Position numbers and translations under genes: made by a program
Part shown: positions 1 through 10,620 of the stretch, piece by piece
How positions within the stretch are numbered: the first letter of the stretch is position 1
Layout: every line of letters begins with the position of its first letter
Source: a bacterium
Lineage (GTDB): Bacteria > Margulisbacteria > Marinamargulisbacteria > GCA-2716485 > JAYNIM01
DNA length: 64,000 bases
Direction: 5' to 3'
Assembly: GCA_038109055.1 (NCBI GenBank)
Contig: JAYNIM010000002.1
Span: 111,759-175,758 of the forward strand
Notes under the pieces: model-generated
What the model saw: only the letters and a program-made list of their open reading frames with translations
The model's database searches: none
Told to the model about the DNA's origin: nothing

Positions 1-843
1 GAAAATAGTAGCTCGTATAAACAAGTAGATCGCCCTATTAAAGATAAAGATCTTGTCGTTGCTGACGTTGTTTGCAAAGAAAACGACACAATTTATGCCG
101 CTTGGACAAAAGAAAATTTTGCCATCCAAATAGGTCAAGAATTTTTTGGAAAAGACCTAGATAAAACGTTAATTGGTAGCAAAAACAAAGAAAACAAAAA
201 AACAACCATTAGCTATCCTAAAGATTATAAAAACAAGGAAATCGCAAACAAAAAATTAGATTTTGACATTACCATCAAAGAAATTAAAGAAAAAGAACTT
301 CCAGAACTAACAGACGAATTTATCCAAAAAAATTCTCAATTCAAAACACTAAAAGAATTGAAAGAAAAAATACAAGAAAATTTAAGCACTCAATACGAAC
401 AAGAATGTGAAAACAAATTAAAAACAGATGTAATTGACAGCATCATCAATCCACTAAAAATCCAAATCCCAGACGCCTTACTAGCAAAGGAAAAACAATA
501 TGAATTGCAACAATATGAATCTATCTTAAAACAATCTGGATTAAGTTTGAAACAATACCTCACGTTAACCAAAAAAAATGAAGAAGAAATTTTAAAAGAA
601 ATGCTTCCAACAATAGAAAAACGCATCAAAACAGAGCTTGCATTAGAAGAAGTCGCAAAACAAGAAAAAATAGAAGCCACCGAAGAAGATCAATTAATTG
701 AAATTAAAAAAGCCAACCCAAAAATACGTACAGACGAAGAAGCTAAAAAATTACTTCCGCGTCTTGATATTTCACGTTTAAATTTTCACATCAAACAAAT
801 AAAAGCTGTTCAGTTCTTGCTTGATCACGCCAAAATATCATAA
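1..843 (+). CDS. tig: Trigger factor, 5'-truncated by the window edge
   Basis: Frame 1 is open from base 1 (VDRPIKDKDLVVAD...SYPKDYKNKEIANKKLDFDITIKEIKEKELPELTDEF); lies upstream of clpP-clpX. Confidence 0.93.
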   Translation, partial: ENSSSYKQVDRPIKDKDLVVADVVCKENDTIYAAWTKENFAIQIGQEFFGKDLDKTLIGSKNKENKKTTISYPKDYKNKEIANKKLDFDITIKEIKEKELPELTDEFIQKNSQFKTLKELKEKIQENLSTQYEQECENKLKTDVIDSIINPLKIQIPDALLAKEKQYELQQYESILKQSGLSLKQYLTLTKKNEEEILKEMLPTIEKRIKTELALEEVAKQEKIEATEEDQLIEIKKANPKIRTDEEAKKLLPRLDISRLNFHIKQIKAVQFLLDHAKIS

Positions 844-878
844 GCTAAAGGAATATCACTTATAATAAGGAGTTATTT

Positions 879-1466
879 ATGCCATTAGTCCCTATGGTTA
901 TTGAACAAACTGGTAAAGGAGAAAGATCATATGACATCTATTCCCGATTACTAAAAGAACGGATTATCTTTCTACACGAGGCCATCGATGATAACGTAGC
1001 AAATCTAGTCATTTCTCAATTACTATTTTTAGAAGCAGAAGACCCCAACAGAGAAGCCTACTTATACATCAATAGTCCCGGAGGCGTAGTCACTGCAGGT
1101 CTCGCTATTTATGACACCATGCAATTTATAAAAACAAAAGTATCTACCATCTGTATGGGGCAAGCTGCCTCAATGGGCGCATTTCTACTAGCGTCTGGTG
1201 AAAAAGGAAAACGCTTCGCCTTACCTAATGCACGCATCATGATCCACCAACCCCTAGGCGGTGCTCAAGGACAAGCTACAGATATTGAAATCCAAACAAA
1301 AGAAATTTTAAGAATAAAAAAATTACTAAACAATATTTTATCTGAACAGACGGGTAAAAAATTAACAACCATTGAAAAAGACGCAGAACGCGATTTTTAT
1401 ATGGGCGCAAAAGAAGCAAAAGCATACGGATTAATCGACGAAATTATAACCAAACCCATCAATTAA
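879..1466 (+). CDS. clpP: ATP-dependent Clp protease proteolytic subunit
   Basis: [37 protein letters not shown] motifs; SD AAGGAG upstream. Confidence 0.99.
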   Translation: MPLVPMVIEQTGKGERSYDIYSRLLKERIIFLHEAIDDNVANLVISQLLFLEAEDPNREAYLYINSPGGVVTAGLAIYDTMQFIKTKVSTICMGQAASMGAFLLASGEKGKRFALPNARIMIHQPLGGAQGQATDIEIQTKEILRIKKLLNNILSEQTGKKLTTIEKDAERDFYMGAKEAKAYGLIDEIITKPIN

Positions 1467-2738
1467 ATGACACATGCAGAAAATGATCTATTTTGCGGAT
1501 TCTGCAATAAATCACAAAAACAAGTAAGACGTCTCATTGCAGGCCCTAAATTTAATATTTGCGACGAATGCGTCGGGGTCTGCAGTAGTATTATTCAAAA
1601 AGAAACGAATCCAGATTCAGACAAAGAAAAATCTGAAGCTCCCTTATTTGAAAATTTTAATGATCTTCCAAAACCAAAAGACATATTCAACTTTCTTAAC
1701 CAATATATCATTGACCAAAACGACGCAAAAAAAGTAATTTCAGTTGCGGTTTACAACCATTACAAACGGGTATTTTGTCAAACACACACAATCAAAAATC
1801 AAGACATCGAGCTTCAAAAAAGCAACATTTTACTTTTAGGCCCAACAGGTACCGGCAAAACACTCTTTGCACAAACGCTAGCGAAACTACTCAATGTACC
1901 TTTCACTATTGCAGATGCAACCACCTTAACCGAAGCTGGCTACGTCGGTGAAGACGTCGAAAGCATGCTATTTCAACTACTTCAAGTCGCCAATCACGAC
2001 ATTAAAAAAGCAGAACTAGGGATCGTTTATATTGATGAAATTGACAAAATCACCCGAAAATCTGAAAACGTCTCCATCACCCGCGACGTGTCAGGCGAAG
2101 GCGTACAACAAGCCTTACTAAAACTATTAGAAGGCACCAAAGTTAACGTCCCTATTCGTGGAGGTCGAAAAAACCCACAACAAGAGTTTATCACCGTTAA
2201 TACCAAAAATATGCTCTTTATTGCAGGGGGCGCCTTTCATGGCTTAGAAGACCTCATTGAAAAACGCTTAAACACGAAACGCTTTGGTTTTCAAGGAAAA
2301 GAAGGTCAAGAAAAACCAAAAATCAACTGCATTTTTGAACACACTCAACCCGAAGACCTCCAACACTATGGCCTTATTCCCGAAATTATTGGCCGCTTAC
2401 CTGTCATGGTAGGTTTGCATGACTTAGATGAAAAAGCCTTAGTAAGGGTCCTCACGCAACCTAAAAATGCCCTTGTAAAACAATATCAAACCCTCTTCGA
2501 AATAGATGATATTAAATTAACTATGACACCAAAAGCCTTAAAACTCATTGCCAAAATTGCCAAAACTCGAAAATTAGGTGCAAGAGCCCTTAAAAGCATG
2601 TGTGAAGAGCTCTTACTCGAGCCCATGTTTGAAGGCCCATCAAACACGCTCAAAACCTTTGAATTAACTGAAGAAATAGTCAAGGCTCATGCCCTAAAAA
2701 AATTACCAAAGCATCTACTAGAAACCCTAAATTTATAA
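1467..2738 (+). CDS. clpX: Clp protease ATP-binding subunit ClpX
   Basis: N-terminal C4 zinc finger, Walker [29 protein letters not shown]. Confidence 0.99.
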   Translation: MTHAENDLFCGFCNKSQKQVRRLIAGPKFNICDECVGVCSSIIQKETNPDSDKEKSEAPLFENFNDLPKPKDIFNFLNQYIIDQNDAKKVISVAVYNHYKRVFCQTHTIKNQDIELQKSNILLLGPTGTGKTLFAQTLAKLLNVPFTIADATTLTEAGYVGEDVESMLFQLLQVANHDIKKAELGIVYIDEIDKITRKSENVSITRDVSGEGVQQALLKLLEGTKVNVPIRGGRKNPQQEFITVNTKNMLFIAGGAFHGLEDLIEKRLNTKRFGFQGKEGQEKPKINCIFEHTQPEDLQHYGLIPEIIGRLPVMVGLHDLDEKALVRVLTQPKNALVKQYQTLFEIDDIKLTMTPKALKLIAKIAKTRKLGARALKSMCEELLLEPMFEGPSNTLKTFELTEEIVKAHALKKLPKHLLETLNL

Positions 2739-2872
2739 ATAAACAAAAACAAACCTCCCACTTACAAGCATAATTAAAAACAATTTAACGTCTATATTTC
2801 AAAAATAACTATAAAAATACTGGCTTTATATAGGTTTAAACACCCACAAGTAAGGGAAACTCTTAATTATCA

Positions 2873-4618
2873 ATGCTAAAAAACAACGTCATCTATTGGA
2901 AACTTATATTACTCTGCGCAATAATCACTGTTACAACATTATGTTTTATAGCCATTAAAACCCACACATTCATCAGCATAGACACAAAAGTTTACATCAC
3001 AGAAAACCCCTATATCACCTCTTTCTCATTTAAGAATATATCTACCCTAATCAAACCGTATATTTATTGGATGCCTCTCACATGGTTATCATATATGCTT
3101 GATTATCACTTCTTTAAGTTAAATCCAGCCGCTTATCACCTGCATAATTTGCTATTACATCTAATAAACACCGTCCTTGTATTCTTTATAATTAAAAAAT
3201 GTATGTCGCTACATTGGCAAAAAAAAATACCCTCATGGCCCTTATGGACAATTGTAACACTAAGCACCTTATTTTGGGCGATACATCCAATGAGAGTCGA
3301 AGCTGTCGCGTGGGCCATAAACAGAAAAGGCTTACTATCCAGCCTTTTTTTCCTATCAAGCATACTATGTTATTTACACATCACCAAAAAAAATACCCTA
3401 AAGATACTAGGATACACCACACTATTAGGCATAATGGCACTAGCATCCCACCCAAATACCCTAATATTACCCCTCCTATTAATACTACTAGACATTTACC
3501 CCTTAAAAAGAACGAATACCTCTCAACTAGGCCCCCCACTCACTAAAATAACTAATGTAATAAAAACATTTGGCTTACGAATAATAGAAAAAGTTCCCTT
3601 AATAATATGCGCCACTAGCATTAGTATCCTAACCATGATAAGTCAAAGAAACATAGCCGCTATTGCAAACACCAATATACTGACAACAATAAACAATGCC
3701 AGCTATCAATTATGGTTTTATATCAAAGAAACACTCATTAATTTAAATCAAGCACCCATTTACAGTCCCATAAATTTCAACAAACCAACCCCCTTAATCA
3801 TAAGTATTTTTCTTGGATTAACACTCTTAACCTATTACTGCTACAAAAATGTTTCAAACAAACCCTATCTAAGTATCTTAGGCCTATGTTATATAATATG
3901 TTTACTCCCTACCTTAGGCATCATTCAAGCAGGATGGATTACCCATGCAGACAGGTGGTCATATTTAGCCAGTATCCCCGTAATCATCTTCATAACTGGT
4001 CTATTACTAAGATATAGAAAAAGTAACTTAATATTATTAGCCTTTATAGGCTTACTCCTGACTCAAACATACTTTCAACAACAAAAACTTAAATTATGGA
4101 AAGATAATTTAAGCATGTTCACCTATCTATACACACACAATCCACAAAATAATCTTTTCTTCAAAATTAAATACGCACAAGCTTTAATCGAACAAAATAA
4201 GTTATCAAAAGCAAAACAAATCTTAATAAAGGAACGTACAACAAAAAACAAACATCTTAAAGAAGCCATCTACCACTTTCTATATAAAATATCTGAAAAA
4301 GAACATAATACAGCTAATATTATTTTCTATCTTCAAAAATGTATAACCCTCAACCCCCTCTCACACCTAAACATAGAACGATTAGAAAAACTCACGATCT
4401 ACTATAAACAACAAAACAACCCCCAACAAGCCACTGAAAGTCAACAAAAGCTACACATACTTCTTCCAAGAATAAAAGAGCGATATAAAAATAATCCAAC
4501 AATACATATTACCCCCCAATCAAATCGAAAAAATTCAATGTTTAAACATCCTTATACAGGGAATATCTATAGTACACAGGTAAAAAGTGAAAACAAACAG
4601 GTGGTGGAAAAAATGTGA
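2873..4618 (+). CDS. TMTC-like GT-C membrane glycosyltransferase with C-terminal TPR-like region
   Basis: Many TM segments; YHLHNLLLHLINT, HPMRVEAVAW..RKGLLS and ADRWSYL motifs typical of bacterial TMTC homologues. Confidence 0.75.
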   Translation: MLKNNVIYWKLILLCAIITVTTLCFIAIKTHTFISIDTKVYITENPYITSFSFKNISTLIKPYIYWMPLTWLSYMLDYHFFKLNPAAYHLHNLLLHLINTVLVFFIIKKCMSLHWQKKIPSWPLWTIVTLSTLFWAIHPMRVEAVAWAINRKGLLSSLFFLSSILCYLHITKKNTLKILGYTTLLGIMALASHPNTLILPLLLILLDIYPLKRTNTSQLGPPLTKITNVIKTFGLRIIEKVPLIICATSISILTMISQRNIAAIANTNILTTINNASYQLWFYIKETLINLNQAPIYSPINFNKPTPLIISIFLGLTLLTYYCYKNVSNKPYLSILGLCYIICLLPTLGIIQAGWITHADRWSYLASIPVIIFITGLLLRYRKSNLILLAFIGLLLTQTYFQQQKLKLWKDNLSMFTYLYTHNPQNNLFFKIKYAQALIEQNKLSKAKQILIKERTTKNKHLKEAIYHFLYKISEKEHNTANIIFYLQKCITLNPLSHLNIERLEKLTIYYKQQNNPQQATESQQKLHILLPRIKERYKNNPTIHITPQSNRKNSMFKHPYTGNIYSTQVKSENKQVVEKM

Positions 4619-4670
4619 TAAAAAAAATAACAATAAAAAAAAACCTTAAAAAATTTATAAGGGGGAAAAA

Positions 4671-5471
4671 ATGATAAAAACCATACAAAAATATATTATA
4701 TTCTTATTAACACTAACTCTAACAACAAGCATAGCTTTTGCAGGCTGGGATACTTCTAGCTGGATTTATAATAATGGAACCCCAGGAGCTGGAACAGTAG
4801 CCAATGATTCAGAAGTAATTGAAGTAACAGCCTACATAGAAGAAGTAAGTACCCTAGAGTTAAAACCATCTACGGCATTTCATGGCGATGATAGCGGTAA
4901 CACATTCACACCATCAGTAGCATTAGGCGTCTTGGCTCTAGACTCTGAAACAAATCATCCCTACGCAATGATTGAGATACATAACAACAACCCAGTAGGA
5001 TATTCAATAAAAGTAGAATCAGCAGGAAATTGTAAACTTAAAAGAAAGTATTTTGATGGTAGCGCGTGGCAAGAATGGGCAACAAATTCTGACACAGATG
5101 CTAATTTTGCAGCAGGTAACGAAATAGCCTATACTATCTCAACTGAGATACTCGTAACAGGGGCTAATACGGGTGGCTCTCACACTGCCGCATCAGGATC
5201 TTATGATGGATCTAATGCGACTGCGCATGATTCAACAATGTCCGCGATTCATAAAGAAGGTGGAGCAAATAAACATAATCTAGAAGATATGTCTGCAGGA
5301 TCTGCCGGATCACATACCTTTAGCTATGTAGATGGAACTGGAACAGTCAACATCAAACATGGAACATACGGCAAAAGGATCACATTTTTTATGCACGCAA
5401 CTCCAACTAAAGCTAATTTAAGAGGTTTATATAGCGATACCATCACATTTACATTAATAGACGGAGCATAA
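4671..5471 (+). CDS. Exported Csu/SCPU-like pilin, probable major subunit
   Basis: Signal peptide ending AFA; NNPVGYSIKVES strand; C-terminal GLYSDTITFTL pilin motif; upstream of chaperone and usher. Confidence 0.65.
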   Translation: MIKTIQKYIIFLLTLTLTTSIAFAGWDTSSWIYNNGTPGAGTVANDSEVIEVTAYIEEVSTLELKPSTAFHGDDSGNTFTPSVALGVLALDSETNHPYAMIEIHNNNPVGYSIKVESAGNCKLKRKYFDGSAWQEWATNSDTDANFAAGNEIAYTISTEILVTGANTGGSHTAASGSYDGSNATAHDSTMSAIHKEGGANKHNLEDMSAGSAGSHTFSYVDGTGTVNIKHGTYGKRITFFMHATPTKANLRGLYSDTITFTLIDGA

Positions 5472-5476
5472 AAAAA

Positions 5477-5505
5477 AGGTCTTATCCCCTTTGGGGATAA
5501 GACCT
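5477..5505 (-). terminator. Rho-independent terminator between the convergent pilin genes
   Basis: Perfect 13-bp stem AGGTCTTATCCCC-TTT-GGGGATAAGACCT; the A-run at 5470-5477 gives a U-tract on the minus strand. Confidence 0.8.
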
Positions 5506-5509
5506 AAAA

Positions 5510-6163
5510 CTAATCTGAAAGAGTAATAACAAGTCTATCCTTATAATACCCTCTAAGTAATGCAGAATCTAAAACTGGGACATACGCCCAGAAATTTATT
5601 TTTTTATCCACTGTTGCTTCCTTAACCGTCCCCATTAAAGTACCATCATCCGTAAAAAGCATTACAAGGTCCGAAGTCAATTGCTTGCTCGGATAACTAC
5701 CTACAGCATATAAATAATGAGTCTCAATAGTGGTAGGCAAAACCTCATTTAAACCGGCATCTTGCAACCCCAATCGACCCTCGTTTGTTAATTCAAAAGA
5801 GACATAATACGGTACCTCGGCCCCCTTTCCATAGACCCAATCAGTCGTAGAATGATGGGCGTATTCTTTCCACTGACTCCCATCCCAATACTGCCTCAGC
5901 AAACGGCCAGAATTTTCACTATGGATAGTCACAGAAAACCCCCATGGGAAATTACATGAAACAATAAAAGCAAACAATTTTTGATAAACATCACTGTGAT
6001 TAATCTGACCTATATCCAATCCCCCTTGACTAGAATCTATAGATAAAGAATAGTCTGCTCGTACAGACCCCTTTAAAAGGGCTTCCTTTTCAAGGGTAAT
6101 CGAAAAACTAGTCGAAAAAAAAAGAAAATTTAGCAGAAAAACAAAAAATAAGGAATTTTTCAC
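5510..6163 (-). CDS. Exported pilin paralogue in inverted orientation
   Basis: Signal peptide; NFPWGFSVTIHSENSGRLLRQYWDGSQWKEYA aligns to NNPVGYSIKVESAGNCKLKRKYFDGSAWQEWA of 4671; C-terminal GYYKDRLVITLSD. Confidence 0.65.
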   Translation of the reverse strand: MKNSLFFVFLLNFLFFSTSFSITLEKEALLKGSVRADYSLSIDSSQGGLDIGQINHSDVYQKLFAFIVSCNFPWGFSVTIHSENSGRLLRQYWDGSQWKEYAHHSTTDWVYGKGAEVPYYVSFELTNEGRLGLQDAGLNEVLPTTIETHYLYAVGSYPSKQLTSDLVMLFTDDGTLMGTVKEATVDKKINFWAYVPVLDSALLRGYYKDRLVITLSD

Positions 6164-6203
6164 CCATCATTTATAGCATATTTTAAAAAAAAGAGATAGA
6201 ATA

Positions 6204-6947
6204 GTGATTATGAAAAATATATTAGGTATTACTATATGTCTTTTACTATTAAGTGTACAAATCCTCGCGACAAATGCATCTCTTAGCAGAAAGGAAATCA
6301 ATATAGATTATAACAATTCAACAAAACTAATCTTAACAAACAAAGCAGACGAAATAAAAGCCTTTGAAATATCTCTATATGAACGTAATATAGATGAAAA
6401 AGGTCAAGACATAAAAGTCGACAGCGATATAGAAAATAATTTTTTAATCATTCCCTCTCAAGTAATCCTCTCTCCATTTGGTGAAGAAACCATCTCAATA
6501 ACCTATATAGGGGATAAAAATATTACAAAAGAAAAAGCCTATCATATACTTATAAAACAAATTGAAATTAATTTCGATGAAAACAATACTGAACTCATAC
6601 AAAGATCTAAAGATTCTTTATATGCAAAACTCACAGTCCTAACAAATTTAATAAAAAACATGTACCTTACTCAAAGTAATTTTGAACCCAAGCTAGAGAT
6701 TATCAATAAAAAAATAAATGACCGAACAATGGAAATTGAAATAAAGAATAGTGGCCAAAAACGCTTAATAATGGGGGGAGACAAGCCAAAACTGTTTTTT
6801 CTACTTAAAGATACAGATAATAACATTTTAAAATTCAGAGCCAAAACAGCCATATTATTACCAAACCAAACCTTTAAAAATATTATTGAAATACCAAAAT
6901 CTGTAAATTTAAAAGATCAAGACATTTCATGGGAATTTTCCCGTTAA
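6204..6947 (+). CDS. Periplasmic pilus chaperone (PapD/CsuC-like); likely start ATG 6210
   Basis: Signal peptide; PSQVILSP..EETISITY, EKAYHILIKQI and IEIKNSG motifs. Confidence 0.75.
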   Translation: MIMKNILGITICLLLLSVQILATNASLSRKEINIDYNNSTKLILTNKADEIKAFEISLYERNIDEKGQDIKVDSDIENNFLIIPSQVILSPFGEETISITYIGDKNITKEKAYHILIKQIEINFDENNTELIQRSKDSLYAKLTVLTNLIKNMYLTQSNFEPKLEIINKKINDRTMEIEIKNSGQKRLIMGGDKPKLFFLLKDTDNNILKFRAKTAILLPNQTFKNIIEIPKSVNLKDQDISWEFSR

Positions 6948-9737
6948 ATTCACATTAAGATTTCTACAACCTTTTTTATCCTACTAATACCAATCTTCAC
7001 ATTTACCTTTCAAACAAAAACATACGCCCAAAACCAAACTCCTCCTCTTACAAATACCCCCCTTACCCCTGTAAATTCAGAAATAAATCAAGCAACAAAT
7101 CAACTCCCCCCCATCCAAACTCAAGAAAAAAATCCCCCTCAAACAAAGACTCAACCAGAAACAACTCAAACCTCCAATCCAGAAACACCTCAAACTTCGA
7201 ATACAGAAACAACTCAAACAAAACCTCCTTCTAAAAACACCGCTCGTCCCTTAACCAAAGAGGATTATTTAAAGATATTTAAAAAAGCATTTGGCAGTAC
7301 CCCAACTATACGTCAAACAAAAGAAATGGCTCACATTTATATCAACAACAGCAAACAAACTCCTCCCGTAAGAATCCTAACTGAAACATTAAACCCAAAC
7401 ATAAAAATTAAACACGAAGACATCATGAAAATTTTAATTAGGGTATTAAAAAAAGACGTTTTTAATCAACTAAACAAAAATTTACCTATAGATGAAGATA
7501 ACATGATAAACACAGAGGATTTAATCGCCTTAGGATTTAAAATAATTGAATCAAAAAAGCTAAACAAAATTAATCTACTAATACCTGAAAACAATTTGAA
7601 AAAAAAAGAAATAGAAATTAAGACCTCCTCTGCTACCTCCGAAACTGCATTAAGAAAAAAAATAGTCACAAAAGGAAAATACAGTAATTATACAAACATA
7701 ACAATCAAGACAAACTCAAACACCCTTGACAATACTGTCTCAAAAAACAATACGATTGCCTTTCAAGGCCTCTGTAATATTGATAATCTAAAATTACGAT
7801 ACTCAATCAAAAACACAGAAGAAAATACTAAATTACAAGGTGAAACACTGGCATTAATATGGGAAGAATTTAACTCATTCAACATTGAAATCGGTTATAT
7901 AAAAAAAAACCTGTCCTTTGCAAATAATATTAATAATACAATAGCTACAGGCATAGAAATTCGTTCAAAAAAACAACCCCAAAACAACCTGATAGATAAA
8001 ACCATCTCTGTTGACCAAGACAGTAACCTGAAACTCTTCATTAACAAAAAACAAATCGCAAACCTTTATGTAACAAAGGGAAGCACTCGCTTAACAAATA
8101 TTCCATTAACGTCGGGATTAAATAAACTAATTATCAAAAGTTTTGATAAAGATGGTAATTTATTATGGGAAAAAAAAAGTTATGAATTTAAGAATAAAAA
8201 TTCTCACTTTAAATGGATAGGCATAGAAAATTACAGCTTTTTTTTAAATTCAACAAATCAAACGAATACATCCCTTATAGGGTTAACTAGTATGTTTAAC
8301 CTAAATACCCCCTACACGCCTATTATGATATACAACAAAATCTATGAAGATAAAACAAATGAATTAAACTATAAATTTAATTTATATGAAAATACGACAT
8401 TTAAAAGTATCCATATAAACAAAAAAAACCTAAAAGTAAACTCAATTAGTTTATCAAGTAATTACCTCTTTGATAAAAAAACACCCTTCGTTAACAGCAT
8501 ATCTATAGGATCTAGCTTTAATAATAGCAACAATCTTGACACAGCTTCAAATACCAAAACATCCGCATTAACATCAACCCTATCCTTAAAAAAATATAAA
8601 GAGTTTAATCAATCCATATCATATAGCCAAAGCATTCGAAACGAAACAACAAACAAAAAATCAATGTCCCTATTTTATACCATTAATAAAGCAGGAAAAA
8701 AAAGAGAAACATTCTCGTACTCGAATAACCTAGGAATTGCTCTAAATAAAGAACCCTCCGAAGCTTTAAGTCTAAGCCTAACCTTACTAAATGAAGTCAA
8801 AATTAAGCAAAAAAATATCACCTATAGTTTATCCTTAAATAATAATAAATTAAAAGCCAACATTAATTTATTTTGGTATTTCTCAAAAGAAACAAAGTTA
8901 GAAACAACTATTTCAACCAAAGAAATACATAATAACTTTATACATAAAGACACTAAAAATAATTTTAGATTTAATGCAAATGCACAAATAGCATCCTTAA
9001 TTAATCTTAATGCAGGCTTTAGACATAATGATAAGAATATCAATACATCTGGAACATTTCGACAAACCCTTGGAAATTCTGATAGACAAGACACCTTATC
9101 ATTATTCACCCCTGTGGGGTCAATATTTTATGATTTTAATAATACAGAAGACAACCACAACTCTTCCTTAACGTTAACAACAGCCATTGGATTTGCAGAT
9201 GGACACTTCGCAGTAACAGACAAGATCAACAATAGTTTCTTAATCGTCAAACAAGATAAAAAAATAAAAAACACCTCTTTAATTGTAAACAATCAAGCAT
9301 TTAGCCTATTTAATACACACATCATTACCAATCTACAAAAAGAAAAAATAAATAACATATCCATTGAACTAAAAACCCCAGAAAGCTTACTCTTTTTAGA
9401 AAAAACAAATTACGATATCCCTATTAAAGAAAACAAAGGTGAAGTCCTTATCATTAATACGCAAGGAACAAATCTTGCAATCATTACTCTAAAAGACACA
9501 AATAAGCAACCATTAAGATACAAATATATCACTTACTATGAAAAAAATAAGCCCGAAAACAAAATTGACATACTATCGTCTAAAACAGGTAAAATACAAC
9601 TCGTTGGTATTAAAAAAAATACAACCTACATCATCGATTCAAACATACAGAAATTAAAACCAATAGAACTATTTATACCTAGAAATGTGAAAGGAATCTA
9701 CAAAGTACCTGAATTAATATTTAAGGAAAAGAAATGA
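6948..9737 (+). CDS. Divergent outer-membrane usher; frame extends 126 codons upstream of the called ATG 7326
   Basis: Frame open from 6948 with a signal-peptide-like stretch ending TYA; NIPLTSGLNKLII plug-like motif; TAIGFADGHFAVTDKINNSFLIV usher C-terminal motif; beta-rich; follows the chaperone. Confidence 0.65.
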   Translation: MHIKISTTFFILLIPIFTFTFQTKTYAQNQTPPLTNTPLTPVNSEINQATNQLPPIQTQEKNPPQTKTQPETTQTSNPETPQTSNTETTQTKPPSKNTARPLTKEDYLKIFKKAFGSTPTIRQTKEMAHIYINNSKQTPPVRILTETLNPNIKIKHEDIMKILIRVLKKDVFNQLNKNLPIDEDNMINTEDLIALGFKIIESKKLNKINLLIPENNLKKKEIEIKTSSATSETALRKKIVTKGKYSNYTNITIKTNSNTLDNTVSKNNTIAFQGLCNIDNLKLRYSIKNTEENTKLQGETLALIWEEFNSFNIEIGYIKKNLSFANNINNTIATGIEIRSKKQPQNNLIDKTISVDQDSNLKLFINKKQIANLYVTKGSTRLTNIPLTSGLNKLIIKSFDKDGNLLWEKKSYEFKNKNSHFKWIGIENYSFFLNSTNQTNTSLIGLTSMFNLNTPYTPIMIYNKIYEDKTNELNYKFNLYENTTFKSIHINKKNLKVNSISLSSNYLFDKKTPFVNSISIGSSFNNSNNLDTASNTKTSALTSTLSLKKYKEFNQSISYSQSIRNETTNKKSMSLFYTINKAGKKRETFSYSNNLGIALNKEPSEALSLSLTLLNEVKIKQKNITYSLSLNNNKLKANINLFWYFSKETKLETTISTKEIHNNFIHKDTKNNFRFNANAQIASLINLNAGFRHNDKNINTSGTFRQTLGNSDRQDTLSLFTPVGSIFYDFNNTEDNHNSSLTLTTAIGFADGHFAVTDKINNSFLIVKQDKKIKNTSLIVNNQAFSLFNTHIITNLQKEKINNISIELKTPESLLFLEKTNYDIPIKENKGEVLIINTQGTNLAIITLKDTNKQPLRYKYITYYEKNKPENKIDILSSKTGKIQLVGIKKNTTYIIDSNIQKLKPIELFIPRNVKGIYKVPELIFKEKK
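7155..7219 (+). repeat. 24-bp tandem repeat, about 2.7 copies, encoding PETTQTSN-like units
   Basis: ccagaaacaactcaaacctccaat / ccagaaacacctcaaacttcgaat / acagaaacaactcaaac. Confidence 0.85.
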
Positions 9738-10540
9738 AATATCTAATACTTATCTCCTGGTTAATTGGAAGTCTCAGCTATGGAACTCTACATCTACACA
9801 TTAAAGATACATTTACAATCGATATCCCGCCAATTAACACCTCTATCACAAAACAAGTGCCTTTATTAATCACGTTTTCTAATATAGAAGAAACCGAAAT
9901 TTTTATCTGTCTCTCTCAAGACAAAAAAAATGATCTCTATTTTCATGATATAAATTCAAATGAATTTAAAGAAAATAAAACAATCAATGAAAAATTAAAC
10001 TTAACCTCCTCATACTCAGCAACCCATATCAATAATACTCACTCATTCCAATACAAGTTACTCAATAATCAAGACACGCCGTTTACATTAAAATCTTTTT
10101 TATTAGCCATAAATAAAGACGATGTCATATCAGGCATCATCACAAAAGATGATATATCTCCAATAAACAGTCATTTCTATGTGAGTATCGATAATATCAA
10201 ACATATTCCCTCCGGAACATACACAGATATTTTCCGAGTGGACTTGTATAAAGGGAGCCTAACAAATAAACTTGACGCAGAACTAATAGAAAGTAAAAGC
10301 ATCAAACTCATATTCAACATCCCAAGCTATACAGAATCAATCATTGAAAAAATCAAAACAACAAAAAACAATCAAACGATATTTATACGCACTAACAGCA
10401 ATGAAAAAATAATAGCTGAATTCAGCTACACTTACAAAAACTCACAAAAATCTATTTTTTTAAATACAGCAAAAGAATCCCATATCATCCAAATACCCCT
10501 CAAAAGTACAGACCCAACTCTCACAATAAAAACACAATAA
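9734..10540 (+). CDS. Exported minor pilin or tip adhesin-like protein
   Basis: Signal peptide; PSGTYTDIFRVDLY pilin motif; ATGA overlap with the usher. Confidence 0.55.
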   Translation: MKYLILISWLIGSLSYGTLHLHIKDTFTIDIPPINTSITKQVPLLITFSNIEETEIFICLSQDKKNDLYFHDINSNEFKENKTINEKLNLTSSYSATHINNTHSFQYKLLNNQDTPFTLKSFLLAINKDDVISGIITKDDISPINSHFYVSIDNIKHIPSGTYTDIFRVDLYKGSLTNKLDAELIESKSIKLIFNIPSYTESIIEKIKTTKNNQTIFIRTNSNEKIIAEFSYTYKNSQKSIFLNTAKESHIIQIPLKSTDPTLTIKTQ

Positions 10541-10620
10541 ACTTTAAACATGTTTAACCCCTAACCACAAAGGGGTATACCATTCCATGTACACCTAAAA
10601 AAAGAAAATCAAGGAATAAC

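Noticed and set aside
5472..6203. Invertible pilin cassette (phase variation)
   Set aside because: No flanking inverted repeats or nearby invertase were seen, and the inverted gene's composition matches long residence on the minus strand.
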